Source: Candidatus Latescibacterota bacterium (GTDB lineage: Bacteria; Latescibacterota; UBA2968). From it: a stretch of 64,000 bases of DNA. Where the stretch lies: assembly GCA_965204745.1 (NCBI GenBank), contig OZ242010.1:512001-576000 (forward strand), read 5' to 3'. Position 1 is the stretch's first letter; every line of letters starts with the position of its first letter. The position numbers and the translations under genes were made by a program. Of this stretch, positions 22,222 through 32,486 are shown one piece after another. The notes under the pieces are model-generated. The model worked only from the letters and a program-made list of their open reading frames with translations. It had not been told where the DNA came from and made no database searches.

Positions 22222-22593
22222 GTGACCAATATACTATTCATTGCCAGCGGCGGTGCGCTGGGGGCTGTTTTGCGCTACGGGATGTCCATGGGCATCCACA
22301 GCTTATTTGGACGCGGGTTTCCTTATGGCACGCTTGGGGTGAATATCATCGGATCGATTCTTATGGGATTGCTTTATATTGTGCTGTCCGAACACATGAA
22401 TGGGGAAGCGTGGCGCGCTGGCGCGATGATCGGCTTGCTCGGCGCGTTCACGACTTTTTCCACCTTTTCCCTTGAAACCCTGAACTTGCTGGAATCGGGC
22501 GACCATGTTCTGGCCGCTGTGAATGTCATTTTGAGCGTCACCCTCTGCATCGCAGGATGCTGGATAGGCATTGTGCTCGGCAGAATGATATAG
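22222..22593 (+). CDS. crcB: Fluoride efflux channel
   Basis: GGALGAVLRY, FPYGTLGVNIIGS, GLLGAFTTFSTF. Confidence 0.95.
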   Translation: MTNILFIASGGALGAVLRYGMSMGIHSLFGRGFPYGTLGVNIIGSILMGLLYIVLSEHMNGEAWRAGAMIGLLGAFTTFSTFSLETLNLLESGDHVLAAVNVILSVTLCIAGCWIGIVLGRMI

Positions 22594-22621
22594 TATCTCT
22601 GCGTGCAACAAATCGCAAAGT

Positions 22622-22773
22622 ATTCGCGGCATGCGGATTACCGTCGATGTGCTCGACCATCTCGCTTCGGGTATGTCTAAAAAGAAATCTTGAACGACTT
22701 CCCCGATCTCACGCGAGAGGATATTCGCGCTTGTTTGGCTTATGTTGCGGATAGAGAACGCCGCAAAGTTTAA
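22622..22773 (+). pseudogene. DUF433-family remnant (5' lost, frameshifted)
   Basis: IRGMRITVDVLDHLASGMS / frameshift in an A-rich run / EILNDFPDLTREDIRACLAYVADRE*. Confidence 0.75.
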
Positions 22774-22788
22774 GAGGAGGAAAATCAC

Positions 22789-24042
22789 ATGGTGCAGCGC
22801 ATTATTGCTATTGGCTTGATTTTTATTGGCGTCACGGTCGCATGGATGATTTTGGGGGCGGCTGTGCAATTTCGCACGGAGACGCAGGATGACAAGCTCA
22901 AAAGTGAAGTGAGTTCGCTTTGGGGCATGCCGCAGACGCAACAGGCGCCGCGAATCTATTGGTTGGAGCGCGTGGACCATACCGAGGCCAGTGCCACGAG
23001 TGCAGAGGTCAGCACCAAGGCCGAACTCGCCGCGCGCATGGTAGAGGAAAGACGCTACCTGAACCTGAAAGCCAGCCGCATCGAAGTCGATTTGTCGATG
23101 GAGCATCGGCGCAAGGGCTTGCTGTGGTACGCGGTCTATCAAGTCCAATTCGATGCCGCGTACACCGTCGCCAACACCACGGACCAAAGCCGGACCGTGT
23201 ACTTCGATTTGGAACTGCCCACGCCACGCGCTGTGTACGACGCGTTCACCTTGCGCGTAGGGGAGCAGGCTGTCGCCGATTTGCCCATCCGCGATGGTCG
23301 CCTCGTCCAATCCATCCAGTTGGCGCCAGGGGAAGAACGCCCGGTGGCCGTGTCCTATCGCTCGCAGGGCATGGATCAATGGCGGTACGGATTTGGTCAC
23401 CACGTCAACCAAGTGTCAAATTTCGAGTTGGTGATGCACACGGGCTTTGCGGACATCGACTTTCCGCAAGAGAGCATGTCCCCCACGACCAAGACGCAAA
23501 ATGGGGATGCGTGGACCCTGACGTGGCGGTACGACCACCTCCTCACCGGCGTGGATTTGGGGATGATCTTGCCCGCGCGCCTCAACCCCGGCCCGTGGGT
23601 CAGCCAAGTCGTCTTTGCCGCGCCCATCTCCCTGTTCCTGTTCTTCTTTTTGCTCTTTGTCTTTAGCACGGTGCGCGCCCTCAATCTGCACCCGATGCAC
23701 TACTTCTTCTTGGCCGCCGCGTTTTTCAGTTTTCACCTGTTGCTGGCCTATTTGGTGGATCATCTGCTCATCCACTACGCTTTTATTTTTGGATCGGCAG
23801 TCTCGATTTTCCTCGTCATCTCGTACATGCGGATCATTTTGGGCGCGCGCTTGGCCTTTGTCGAAATTGGCCTGGGGCAGTTCATCTACCTCGTGCTGTT
23901 CTCCTACACCTTTTTCTTTCAAGGCTACACCGGCCTGACCATCACCCTGCTAGGCATCGCCACCCTGTTCGCCGCCATGCAATTCACGGCCCGCGTGGAC
24001 TGGGCTACGGTGTTCCAGAAAAAAGTGGTCGATAGTCAATAG
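22789..24042 (+). CDS. CreD-like inner membrane protein
   Basis: GGAGG RBS; N-terminal TM, RRKGLLWY, LHPMHY, several C-terminal TMs. Confidence 0.8.
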   Translation: MVQRIIAIGLIFIGVTVAWMILGAAVQFRTETQDDKLKSEVSSLWGMPQTQQAPRIYWLERVDHTEASATSAEVSTKAELAARMVEERRYLNLKASRIEVDLSMEHRRKGLLWYAVYQVQFDAAYTVANTTDQSRTVYFDLELPTPRAVYDAFTLRVGEQAVADLPIRDGRLVQSIQLAPGEERPVAVSYRSQGMDQWRYGFGHHVNQVSNFELVMHTGFADIDFPQESMSPTTKTQNGDAWTLTWRYDHLLTGVDLGMILPARLNPGPWVSQVVFAAPISLFLFFFLLFVFSTVRALNLHPMHYFFLAAAFFSFHLLLAYLVDHLLIHYAFIFGSAVSIFLVISYMRIILGARLAFVEIGLGQFIYLVLFSYTFFFQGYTGLTITLLGIATLFAAMQFTARVDWATVFQKKVVDSQ

Positions 24043-24074
24043 CCGTTCTTTCGCTTGTGAGAACATTTGCCCTC

Positions 24075-24272
24075 TTGTATCTTTGGGCGAGCACGGGGGC
24101 ATCGCCTAAAAAGGTGAGAAGTGAGAGGCAAGACGGGAGAAGACCTACACTCACTGCTCGCCTTTTGTGCCTTTTGTGCCTTTTGTGGCTATCGCCTTTT
24201 GTGCCTTTGAACTGGCTATCGCCAGTTGTACCCCGCTCGTGGCTATAAACTCCCATCTCCCATCTCACGTCT
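24075..24272. repeat. Composite repeat: REP split by five heptamers, TTTTGTGCC array, 38-bp module and CCCATCT
   Basis: Same modules as at 10455; 35-bp insert 24109-24143 between two CCTA. Confidence 0.85.
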
Positions 24273-24300
24273 GTCACCATTCATCTTTGGACGCATCTCA

Positions 24301-24615
24301 ATGACCCAGTATCTCTTTAACTCTTTTGGCCTGTGGATCGCCTTTAAGCGCGATGAGTACGTGTTTGATGCCGGAGGCAACTGGATCGGTTGGACGCCCT
24401 GGAATGACGGGGAGGTCGTCAGCCCGAATGGCGAGTACCTCGGCACCATAACGCAACACAACCGCCTGTATCGGTTCAGCAACCGGGTCAACAGAGGGTA
24501 TCCGGGCTATCCGGGCTATCCGGGCTATCCGGATTATCCGGGTTATCCGGGTTATCCAGGCGATTCTCCATTGCCGACATTTGCCGAAGATATCGAAGAA
24601 CTGGAAACGGTTTGA
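24301..24615 (+). CDS. Small beta-repeat (4-fold beta-flower-like) protein with (YPG)7 tail
   Basis: YLFNSFG.WIA, VFDAGGNWIGW, VVSPNGEYLG repeats; TATCCGGGY x7 at 24499-24561. Confidence 0.7.
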   Translation: MTQYLFNSFGLWIAFKRDEYVFDAGGNWIGWTPWNDGEVVSPNGEYLGTITQHNRLYRFSNRVNRGYPGYPGYPGYPDYPGYPGYPGDSPLPTFAEDIEELETV

Positions 24616-25304
24616 TGCCATCGCGCTTTCATCACTATCCCGCTGAGCCAAATTGTCATCAGTGTGGGAATGCCTATACCCTCCTTTGCAATACGCACGA
24701 TACGTCGAGTTCCTTCCTCGAAATTTTCGACACAAAGGCGCGCAGGGTTAGCGAGGTGCCCACGGATGAAGATCAAGACCTTCTCCGAGCAATGCTCACC
24801 TTCGCTTGCGCGGGTCTCGATTCTCTGGTCAAGCAACTGATCAAGGATGCCTTGCCCGATGTGATCAACTGCAATGAAGGTGCAGAGCGAATGTTCCGCA
24901 CGGATATTGAGCGGAGAATCCGCAGCGGAGAAGATATTGACGCCAAGTTTCTCGCGGATGTTCTCACTCAGACGAGCCCACGGGAGAGACTGATTGAGAT
25001 TCTAATTGCCGATCTCACCACGCAGAGCTTGCAGTCGAAAAATCAACTGCTGAGGGCAGGTGCATTTTTCGATATCCAGTCCCGTTCGATCACGAGCAAC
25101 CCAGACCGCTTAGATCGAATATTCACGGCACGCAACCAGATTGTCCACGAAATGGATATCGATTTCTCACCGAGCAACAGAAATAGGCGTGCGCGAACCA
25201 AAGCGGCAATGGTCGCTGACGCGAATGAGATCTTCAGGGTATCAAAAATTTTTTTGGAAGAGGTAGATCGCCAACTTTGGCGTCTCCCCGATAATCCCTC
25301 GTAG
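24612..25304 (+). CDS. HEPN-domain protein
   Basis: DLLRAML..A.AGLDS helix, SLQS, Rx4H motif RNQIVH. Confidence 0.7.
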   Translation: MMPSRFHHYPAEPNCHQCGNAYTLLCNTHDTSSSFLEIFDTKARRVSEVPTDEDQDLLRAMLTFACAGLDSLVKQLIKDALPDVINCNEGAERMFRTDIERRIRSGEDIDAKFLADVLTQTSPRERLIEILIADLTTQSLQSKNQLLRAGAFFDIQSRSITSNPDRLDRIFTARNQIVHEMDIDFSPSNRNRRARTKAAMVADANEIFRVSKIFLEEVDRQLWRLPDNPS

Positions 25305-25368
25305 ATAAGTTCTGCGAGGGCGCATTTTATTTTCGCTGTCTTTTGCGATAAAATAAGGAATCACTACC

Positions 25369-26799
25369 ATGGGTATTTCAGTCGAAAAAATTGACCTCAA
25401 TATTTTGAACATGCACACGCGCTTTCCGTTTAAGTACGGGATCGCATCGCTGGTGGCATTGCCCCATTTGTTTGTGCGGGCGCGGGTCAATGTCGATGGC
25501 GCGAGGGAAATTGGCTTGGCCGCGGATGGCTTGCCGCCCAAGTGGTTCACGAAAAATCCCGACGCGCCATTTGAGGACGATCTCGATGAAATGCTGACCG
25601 CGATCCAACGGGCGTGCGATTTCGCGTTGCAAACCGACGCCGGGGATTCTGCGTTTGATTTTTGGCAACAGGTCTATGCCGCGCAACGTACATGGGCGCG
25701 GGGAACGGCCTATCCCCCGCTGTTGTGGGCGTTTGGGGTCAGCATGGTCGAGCGTGCCGTAATCGATGCGTTTTGTCGGGCCAAAGGGATGACATTTGTG
25801 CGGGCTGTGCGAGAAAACGCGCTAGGCATTCGCTTGGGCGATATTCACGCCGAGTTGGCGGGGTGCGCGCCCGGGGATTTGCTGATGCCATCGGCGCGGC
25901 AGTCGATCACCGTGCGACACACCGTAGGGCTGGCCGATCCGCTAACCGATGCCGACATCGCAACCGGGGATCGCGTGGATGATGGCTTGCCCCAATCGCT
26001 GGCCGCGAATATCGAGACCTATCAGTTGACGCATTTGAAAATCAAGTTGTGCGGGGATGCGGGGCGGGATTTGGATCGGCTTCGGCAAATCGCGGGCTTG
26101 ATGGGCAATCGATGCGCGTTCACGCTCGATGGCAACGAGCAGTACACCGAGGTCGAACCGTTCAGAAAATTGTGGGAGACCCTCCAAGGCGACGCGGAGT
26201 TGTCGCGCTTTCTCAACGGACTGCTCTTTGTGGAGCAACCGCTGCACCGCGACAGCGCGTTGGGTTCAGAGGTCAAATTGATGGATTGGACGGATCGCCC
26301 GCCGATGATCATCGACGAGTCGGATGGCGCGCTCGACAGCGCGGTTCGGGCATTGGAATGCGGGTACGTGGGCACGAGCCACAAAAATTGCAAGGGCGTT
26401 TTTAAGGGCGTTGCCAATGCGTGCTTGATGGCGCACCGGCGAAGGCGCGATCCTTCGGGAACGTATATTTTGAGCAGCGAGGACCTCGCCAATGTGGGCC
26501 CGGTCGCGCTGTTGCAAGACCTCGCCGCGCTGGCCGTTCTGGGCGTGGATCACGCCGAGCGCAATGGGCATCACTATTTCGCGGGCTTGGGGATGTATCC
26601 TGAAGCGGTTCAAAGCCAAGTGCTGGCGCGCCACGCCTCGTTGTACCGCCAACACGCGCAGGGGTTTCCCGTGTTGGACGTCCGCAATGGCGCGCTGAAT
26701 TTAGAGAGCGTGATCGACGCGCCGTTTGGGTACGGCTTTGATCTGGATACGCTTCAATTTACCCCCCTCGCGGATTGGACAGCGGCTTCACTGGGGTAG
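25369..26799 (+). CDS. Enolase-superfamily-like protein of unknown function
   Basis: TRFPFKYG, KIKLCG, TLDGNEQY, FVEQP, IIDESD, SHKNCKG, ERNGHHY. Confidence 0.75.
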   Translation: MGISVEKIDLNILNMHTRFPFKYGIASLVALPHLFVRARVNVDGAREIGLAADGLPPKWFTKNPDAPFEDDLDEMLTAIQRACDFALQTDAGDSAFDFWQQVYAAQRTWARGTAYPPLLWAFGVSMVERAVIDAFCRAKGMTFVRAVRENALGIRLGDIHAELAGCAPGDLLMPSARQSITVRHTVGLADPLTDADIATGDRVDDGLPQSLAANIETYQLTHLKIKLCGDAGRDLDRLRQIAGLMGNRCAFTLDGNEQYTEVEPFRKLWETLQGDAELSRFLNGLLFVEQPLHRDSALGSEVKLMDWTDRPPMIIDESDGALDSAVRALECGYVGTSHKNCKGVFKGVANACLMAHRRRRDPSGTYILSSEDLANVGPVALLQDLAALAVLGVDHAERNGHHYFAGLGMYPEAVQSQVLARHASLYRQHAQGFPVLDVRNGALNLESVIDAPFGYGFDLDTLQFTPLADWTAASLG

Positions 26800-26978
26800 A
26801 GTCGGACAGCGCAACAAAACATGTGGTCGGGCCATCCATCGCTTTGGGCGGCAGGGTGGAGGCTGAACGCCGATGGTTTCTTTTCCGCATTTTTCATTGA
26901 CAATCCCCATGGTTTATCTTAGGTTTAGGTCAACTTCAAAACGCATTTCCTCGCACGACTGCTCCGCATCCTACCTCC

Positions 26979-27075
26979 TTGTATCTTTGGGTGAGCACGG
27001 GGGCATCGCCCCTACACATATCGCTCACCTTTTGTGCCTTTTGTGCCTTTTGTGGCTAAAATCCCATCTCGCGTC
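26979..27075. repeat. Composite repeat: REP plus TTTTGTGCC array, lacking the 38-bp module
   Basis: GGGTGAGCACGGGGGCATCGCCCCTAC...CCTTTTGTGCCTTTTGTGCCTTTTGTGGCTAAAATCCCATCT. Confidence 0.85.
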
Positions 27076-27190
27076 TTCGCAGCATCTCCACAATCCATTG
27101 CACGATGATCCGCCTCCACGCCCCATCCCGCAGGGTGCTTTTTCGCATGCCGCGCTTCCCCTCTCTTGTCCATTCCATTAGGAATTTCCC

Positions 27191-28468
27191 ATGGCAGTGA
27201 CCGAAGAAAAACTCAACATGTTCGAGTTGCAGGCCCTCAGCATTCCCGAACTCGACAAACACGCGCAAACCCTCCGCATTCCCGGGTCGAGCAACCTGCG
27301 GAAACAGGAACTCATCTTCTCCATTCTCCAGAGCCAAACCGCAAGAAGTGGGCGCATCTTTGCACAAGGCGTGATCGAAGTTCTCGAAGATGGATTTGGG
27401 TTTCTCAGATCGCCGAAGTACAATTATTTGCCCGGCTCGGACGACATCTATGTGGGGCATTCGCAGATCAAACGCTTCAACCTGCGAACCGGGGACACCA
27501 TCTCTGGGCATATTCGCCCGCCGCGAGGAGATGAAAAATACTTCGCGCTCATTCGCGTTGAGGCCATCAATTTTGAAGACCCAGAGATCGCAAAACAAAA
27601 AATTCTGTTCGACAATCTCACGCCGCTCCATCCTCAAGAACGCATCGATCTCGAGTACGACCCGCAAGACCTTTCCACGCGGATCATGAACCTCCTCACG
27701 CCCGTTGGCAAGGGGCAGCGCGGCCTGATCGTCGCGCCTCCGTTCACGGGCAAGACCATGCTCTTGCAAAAAATTGCCAATGCCATTACGACGAATCATC
27801 CGGAGATCACGCTCATCGTGCTCCTGATTGACGAGCGTCCAGAAGAGGTCACAGACATGACCCGGTCAGTCGAGGGCGAGGTCGTGAGTTCCACGTTTGA
27901 CGAACCCCCTTTCCGGCATGTGCAAGTTGCCGATATAGTGATCGACAAAGCCAAGCGGTTGGTCGAGCATCAGCAGGATGTGGTCATTTTGCTCGACAGC
28001 ATCACCCGGTTGGCGCGGGCGTATAACACGGTTGCCCCGCACAGCGGGCGCATTCTCTCCGGCGGCTTGGATTCGACAGCGATGCAGTGGCCGAAGCAAT
28101 TTTTCGGCGCGGCGCGCAATATCGAGGATGGGGGCAGCCTGACCATTTTGGCAACGGCCCTCGTGGAGACCGGAAGCCGCATGGACGAGGTGATTTTCGA
28201 AGAGTTTAAGGGCACGGGCAACATGGAACTCAAGCTGGACCGCAGGCTCTCCAACCGCCGCATTTTTCCAGCCATTGACGTGTCCATGTCCAGCACGCGC
28301 AAAGAAGAACTCTTGTTGAGCAACAAGGAACTCAACCGGGTTTGGATCTTGCGGAAGTTGCTCAACCAGATGCAACCCTTGGAAGCGATGGAATTTTTCA
28401 CGGAACGCGCCAAGGAAAACCAGACCAATGAAGACTTCCTCAACGCGATGAGCGAACCGGTGCTTTGA
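27191..28468 (+). CDS. rho: Transcription termination factor Rho
   Basis: [40 protein letters not shown]. Confidence 0.99.
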   Translation: MAVTEEKLNMFELQALSIPELDKHAQTLRIPGSSNLRKQELIFSILQSQTARSGRIFAQGVIEVLEDGFGFLRSPKYNYLPGSDDIYVGHSQIKRFNLRTGDTISGHIRPPRGDEKYFALIRVEAINFEDPEIAKQKILFDNLTPLHPQERIDLEYDPQDLSTRIMNLLTPVGKGQRGLIVAPPFTGKTMLLQKIANAITTNHPEITLIVLLIDERPEEVTDMTRSVEGEVVSSTFDEPPFRHVQVADIVIDKAKRLVEHQQDVVILLDSITRLARAYNTVAPHSGRILSGGLDSTAMQWPKQFFGAARNIEDGGSLTILATALVETGSRMDEVIFEEFKGTGNMELKLDRRLSNRRIFPAIDVSMSSTRKEELLLSNKELNRVWILRKLLNQMQPLEAMEFFTERAKENQTNEDFLNAMSEPVL

Positions 28469-28521
28469 GGTCGGGGAAGTTGTACAACGCGATCCATTTC
28501 ACCTTTAAGGAGGACGACGCA

Positions 28522-28788
28522 ATGAAAGCAGAACTCCATCCGGAATACCGAGACGTGATTTTTGAAGACGCCAGCGCGAATCCCCCATTTCGGGTCAAAA
28601 CGCGCTCCACGCGCACGTCTGAAGAAACCATCCAATGGGAGGATGGCAACACCTATCCGCTGATCAAAGTCGAAATCAGTTCGGCCACGCATCCGTTTTT
28701 CACGGGCAAGATGATGCTGGTCGATACCGCGGGTATGGTCGAGCGTTATCGCCGCCGGTATGGGATGACGGACCCCAAAAATGAGTAA
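28522..28788 (+). CDS. rpmE2: 50S ribosomal protein L31 type B (Zn-free)
   Basis: [28 protein letters not shown]; no Cys ligands; AGGAGG RBS. Confidence 0.93.
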   Translation: MKAELHPEYRDVIFEDASANPPFRVKTRSTRTSEETIQWEDGNTYPLIKVEISSATHPFFTGKMMLVDTAGMVERYRRRYGMTDPKNE

Positions 28789-29878
28789 CCCCCTGTTTGC
28801 ACAGCTCGAAAGCGTCGAGGCGCGGTATCGCGACCTCGGCGAGGAAATGGCGCGGCCCGAAGTCGCCACGGACCCGAGCCGGGTGCGCGAACTCGGCAAG
28901 GAATACCGCGATCTCGAAGAAATCGTGGCGACCTATCGCGCCTATGCCCAAGTGCGCGAAGACTTGGCCGATGCCCATGACATCATCAGCACCTCGGCCG
29001 ATGCCGAGCTCATCGACATGGCGCAACTGGAAAAAGAGGACCTCGCGCAACGAGAAGCCGAGCTGGCTGCAAAGCTCAAACTGCTCTTGATTCCCAAAGA
29101 CCCCAACGACAGCAAAGACACCATCGTGGAAATACGCGCGGGCGCGGGCGGGGATGAGGCCGCGCTTTTTGCGGCGGACCTCCACCGCATGTATTCGCGC
29201 TATGCGGAAAACACCGGGGGGCGTTGCGAGGTCCTCAGTTCAAATCCCACGGGCATCGGCGGGTTCAAAGAAATCATCTTTTTGGTTGTCGGCAATGACA
29301 TCTACGGCAGGCTGAAGTACGAAAGCGGCGTCCACCGCGTGCAGCGCGTCCCGGAAACCGAATCGAGTGGGCGCATTCACACGTCGACCGCGACGGTTGC
29401 GGTTTTGCCCGAAGCCGAAGAGGTCGATATAGCCCTCGATCCCAGCGATCTCAAAATCGACGTGTTCCGCTCGTCAGGCCCTGGCGGGCAAAGCGTCAAC
29501 ACCACGGATTCCGCCGTGCGGATCACCCACATGCCATCGGGCCTTGTCGTGACGTGTCAGGACGAGAAATCGCAGCACAAAAACAGGGCGCGAGCACTCA
29601 AGGTCTTGCGCTCGCGCCTGCTCGATCAGGCCATTTGCGAACAACGCGCCAAAACCGCGGCGGACCGCCGCTCGCAGATCGGCAGCGGCGACCGTAGCGC
29701 GAAAATTCGCACGTACAATTTCCCCCAAGGGCGCGTGACCGACCACCGCATCAAACTCACCCTGCACAGGCTCGAAGATATTCTCGACGGGAATATCGCA
29801 GAACTCATCGACGCCCTCCGCCTGTCCGACCAAACAGAAAGGCTTCAGGGCACCACGGGCATGTCCCGGCGGGTATAA
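28781..29878 (+). CDS. prfA: Peptide chain release factor 1
   Basis: [22 protein letters not shown] (PxT), GGQ, RTYNFPQ. Confidence 0.98.
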   Translation: MSNPLFAQLESVEARYRDLGEEMARPEVATDPSRVRELGKEYRDLEEIVATYRAYAQVREDLADAHDIISTSADAELIDMAQLEKEDLAQREAELAAKLKLLLIPKDPNDSKDTIVEIRAGAGGDEAALFAADLHRMYSRYAENTGGRCEVLSSNPTGIGGFKEIIFLVVGNDIYGRLKYESGVHRVQRVPETESSGRIHTSTATVAVLPEAEEVDIALDPSDLKIDVFRSSGPGGQSVNTTDSAVRITHMPSGLVVTCQDEKSQHKNRARALKVLRSRLLDQAICEQRAKTAADRRSQIGSGDRSAKIRTYNFPQGRVTDHRIKLTLHRLEDILDGNIAELIDALRLSDQTERLQGTTGMSRRV

Positions 29879-29930
29879 GCCGAGATGAACGCGGATGCGT
29901 TTTGAACTCGTCCTGCCCTAAATTTCATTA

Positions 29931-30341
29931 GGTTCTGTTGACATTTACGAGCCATGCACCGGCTTGAGCGGTTTATCGAGAAAATCAAGCCCTGACGTTC
30001 CGCAGTTCAAAGAAGGCATCAAACAAGTGCCATCGCAAAACACCCTCCGATCAAGCCATCACGCACAGCGCGCAAGGCCGTCTCGCAACCAATGTCCATT
30101 TTGCAACCCACTTTGCAGGCTGGCGCATGTCGTGCGATTACAAAAGCGTTTTGCGCTGTGCAAGCCCCTCGGCGTTTGAGAGCGGCATTTTTTGCTTACT
30201 TTTTTTTGCTGTTGAAAAAAAGTAAGTCGCCGAAGGCATCGGAGGCAACCAACGAGGCTGTAGGACCAAACGCCTTAAATCAGCAAGCAACACCTTTTAA
30301 TTTGCGCGTAACGTCAAAAAAAATAAAATGTCAACACGACC
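29931..30341. mobile_element. MITE with IS5-like terminal inverted repeats flanked by TA
   Basis: Left TA|GGTTCTGTTGACATTT, right AAATGTCAACACGACC|TA (14/16 match); no transposase ORF; second copy at ~21.8-22.1 kb. Confidence 0.8.
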
Positions 30342-30391
30342 TATGCCCTTTCCCCTAATTCCCTGTTACGCGCTACGCCTGTCCTTTTGGG

Positions 30392-30495
30392 AAGATGGGA
30401 TTTTAGCCACAAGCGGGGTACAACTGGCGACAGCCAGTTCAAAGGCGAGCAGTGTGTAGGGGCGGCGATGCCCCCGTGCTCGCCCGAAGATACAA
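30392..30495. repeat. Composite repeat (38-bp module plus GTAG-REP)
   Basis: GCGGGGTACAACTGGCGACAGCCAGTTCAAAGG...GTAGGGGCGGCGATGCCCCCGTGCTCGCCC. Confidence 0.85.
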
Positions 30496-30532
30496 TGGGA
30501 ATCACGTCTCCCCTCCTCGGGGTGTCCCTCGC

Positions 30533-31408
30533 ATGTCCTCCTCGACCTCTATTCGCCATGTTCTGACATGGGCTAGCGATGTCCTCGGCCAAGCGGGTGT
30601 TTCCAGCCCGCGGGTGGATGCCGAATGGGTGCTCGCCCATGTGCTCCAATGCCCGCGTTCGGAATTGCATGTGCGGGCGCGCCAACCGCTTGTTGCGGCA
30701 CAGGGTGCGACCTTTCGCAACTTGATTTTCCGCCGCGCGAATCGCGTTCCCCTACAACACCTCTTGGGCAGCACGGAATTTTACGGCCTTCCCTTTTACG
30801 CGTCGCCCGCTGGGCTCATTCCCCGTCCGGAAACCGAGACCCTGGTCCAAGTCGCCATCGACCACTTGAAAGACTGCCCGAATCCGCTCATCCTCGACCT
30901 GGGCACGGGATCGGGGATCATCGCCATTGCACTGGCAAAAGAACTGCCTGCGTCTCGGCTGATCGGCGCGGATCTATCGCACAGCGCGCTTTGCCTCGCC
31001 CGTCGAAACGCCCGCCTCAATGCGGTGTCCAACCGCGTTGCTTTTGTACGAGCCGATCTCCTCGCGCCCTTTGTGGCGTCAGCGCATTTTCACGCCATCC
31101 TCTCCAATCCGCCCTATATTCGCAGCGCCGAGATCGACGCGCTCCAACCCGAGGTGCGCGCTTTTGATCCGCGCATCGCCTTGGACGGAGGCCGCGATGG
31201 CCTGCGGTTTTACCGCGAGATCATTCCCCGCAGTATTCCGTTGCTCGCGCCGGGCGGGCTGTTGGGTTTGGAAATCGGCCATGGCCAAGGCCGCGCTGTC
31301 ACGCGCTTGATCGCGCAAGCCGCGGGCCTAACCCATGTCGGTACTTATGCGGACCTGTGCGATGACCCCCGTGCCGTCCTCGCCCGCAAACAAATCCGAT
31401 TGTATTGA
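30533..31408 (+). CDS. prmC: Release factor glutamine methyltransferase
   Basis: LIPRPETE, LDLGTGSG, SNPPY, ALDGG.DGL. Confidence 0.95.
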   Translation: MSSSTSIRHVLTWASDVLGQAGVSSPRVDAEWVLAHVLQCPRSELHVRARQPLVAAQGATFRNLIFRRANRVPLQHLLGSTEFYGLPFYASPAGLIPRPETETLVQVAIDHLKDCPNPLILDLGTGSGIIAIALAKELPASRLIGADLSHSALCLARRNARLNAVSNRVAFVRADLLAPFVASAHFHAILSNPPYIRSAEIDALQPEVRAFDPRIALDGGRDGLRFYREIIPRSIPLLAPGGLLGLEIGHGQGRAVTRLIAQAAGLTHVGTYADLCDDPRAVLARKQIRLY

Positions 31409-31498
31409 CTTTTCCGACCTTTTTTATTACTTTCTCACGCCTTAAAAACGGTTTGAATCGGAAGATCGTCCCGTCAATCTCTCATCCCATTATCCGCT

Positions 31499-32467
31499 AT
31501 GTTAGACCAAATTTTCGCGCCCATCCAATACCAGATCGCGCGGTTTGAAGCGCGTCTCGAAGAAGTGATGATGGCCTCCGATGTCTATGGCATTCAAAAA
31601 ATGGCCTATCACGTCGTCAAAAATCGGGGCAGGCGTTTTCGCCCCGCGCTCGCATTGTTGACCGCGCAAGCCGTGGGCGAGTGTTCAGACGCGGTGATCG
31701 ACGCGGCTGTGGGCGTCGAGATTATCCAAACCGCATCGCTGGTTCACGACGATGTGATCGACAATGCGGAAACGCGCAGGGGTTGCAATGGCCTGCATCT
31801 GCAATGGGGCAATCGCACGGCCATTTTGATGGGCGATTTTCTTTTTGCCAAATCCATGCAAGTGCTCGTCGGGCTCGATTCCCTGCCGGTGATGAACGCC
31901 ACGACCCACGCGATTCAGCGCATTGTGGAGGGGGAAATTCTCGAGGGCGAAGCCTCTGCCTCGGGCGAAGCGTCCCTCTATTTTCGCATGATCGACAAAA
32001 AGACCGCGTCCCTGCTCGCGCTCTCTTGCGAATTGGGCGCGCTGTTGGGCAATGGGTCGCCGGATCAGGTCGCGCGCATGGCGGCCTTTGGCAGCGAAAT
32101 TGGCGTGGCCTATCAAATTACCGATGATGTGCTCGACCTGATCGGCAGCCCGACCGATCTGGGCAAGCCCACGGGAAATGATCTGCGCGAAAAAAAATTG
32201 ACCTTGCCCCTCATTCGCGCGCTGGCAAATTGCGAAAATGGCGAAGCCACGCACATTCGCACCAAAGTGCTCAATGGCGTGGAAACCGACGGGGATTGGC
32301 GAGAAGTCATTCGCTTTGTCCAACGGTATCGGGGCGTGGAAACCGCGCGAGAAGAAGCGCGTTCCCATGCCCAATCCGCACTCAAAAACCTCGATGTCCT
32401 GCACACCTCGCGGGCGCGAGACGCGCTCATGTTGGCCGTTCAACACGTCGTTGAGCGCGACCGATAA
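31499..32467 (+). CDS. Polyprenyl diphosphate synthase
   Basis: SLVHDDVID...RRG, KTASL, YQITDDVLD, GKPTGNDL. Confidence 0.93.
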   Translation: MLDQIFAPIQYQIARFEARLEEVMMASDVYGIQKMAYHVVKNRGRRFRPALALLTAQAVGECSDAVIDAAVGVEIIQTASLVHDDVIDNAETRRGCNGLHLQWGNRTAILMGDFLFAKSMQVLVGLDSLPVMNATTHAIQRIVEGEILEGEASASGEASLYFRMIDKKTASLLALSCELGALLGNGSPDQVARMAAFGSEIGVAYQITDDVLDLIGSPTDLGKPTGNDLREKKLTLPLIRALANCENGEATHIRTKVLNGVETDGDWREVIRFVQRYRGVETAREEARSHAQSALKNLDVLHTSRARDALMLAVQHVVERDR

Positions 32468-32486
32468 CCCCAACTGGAGTCCTGAG

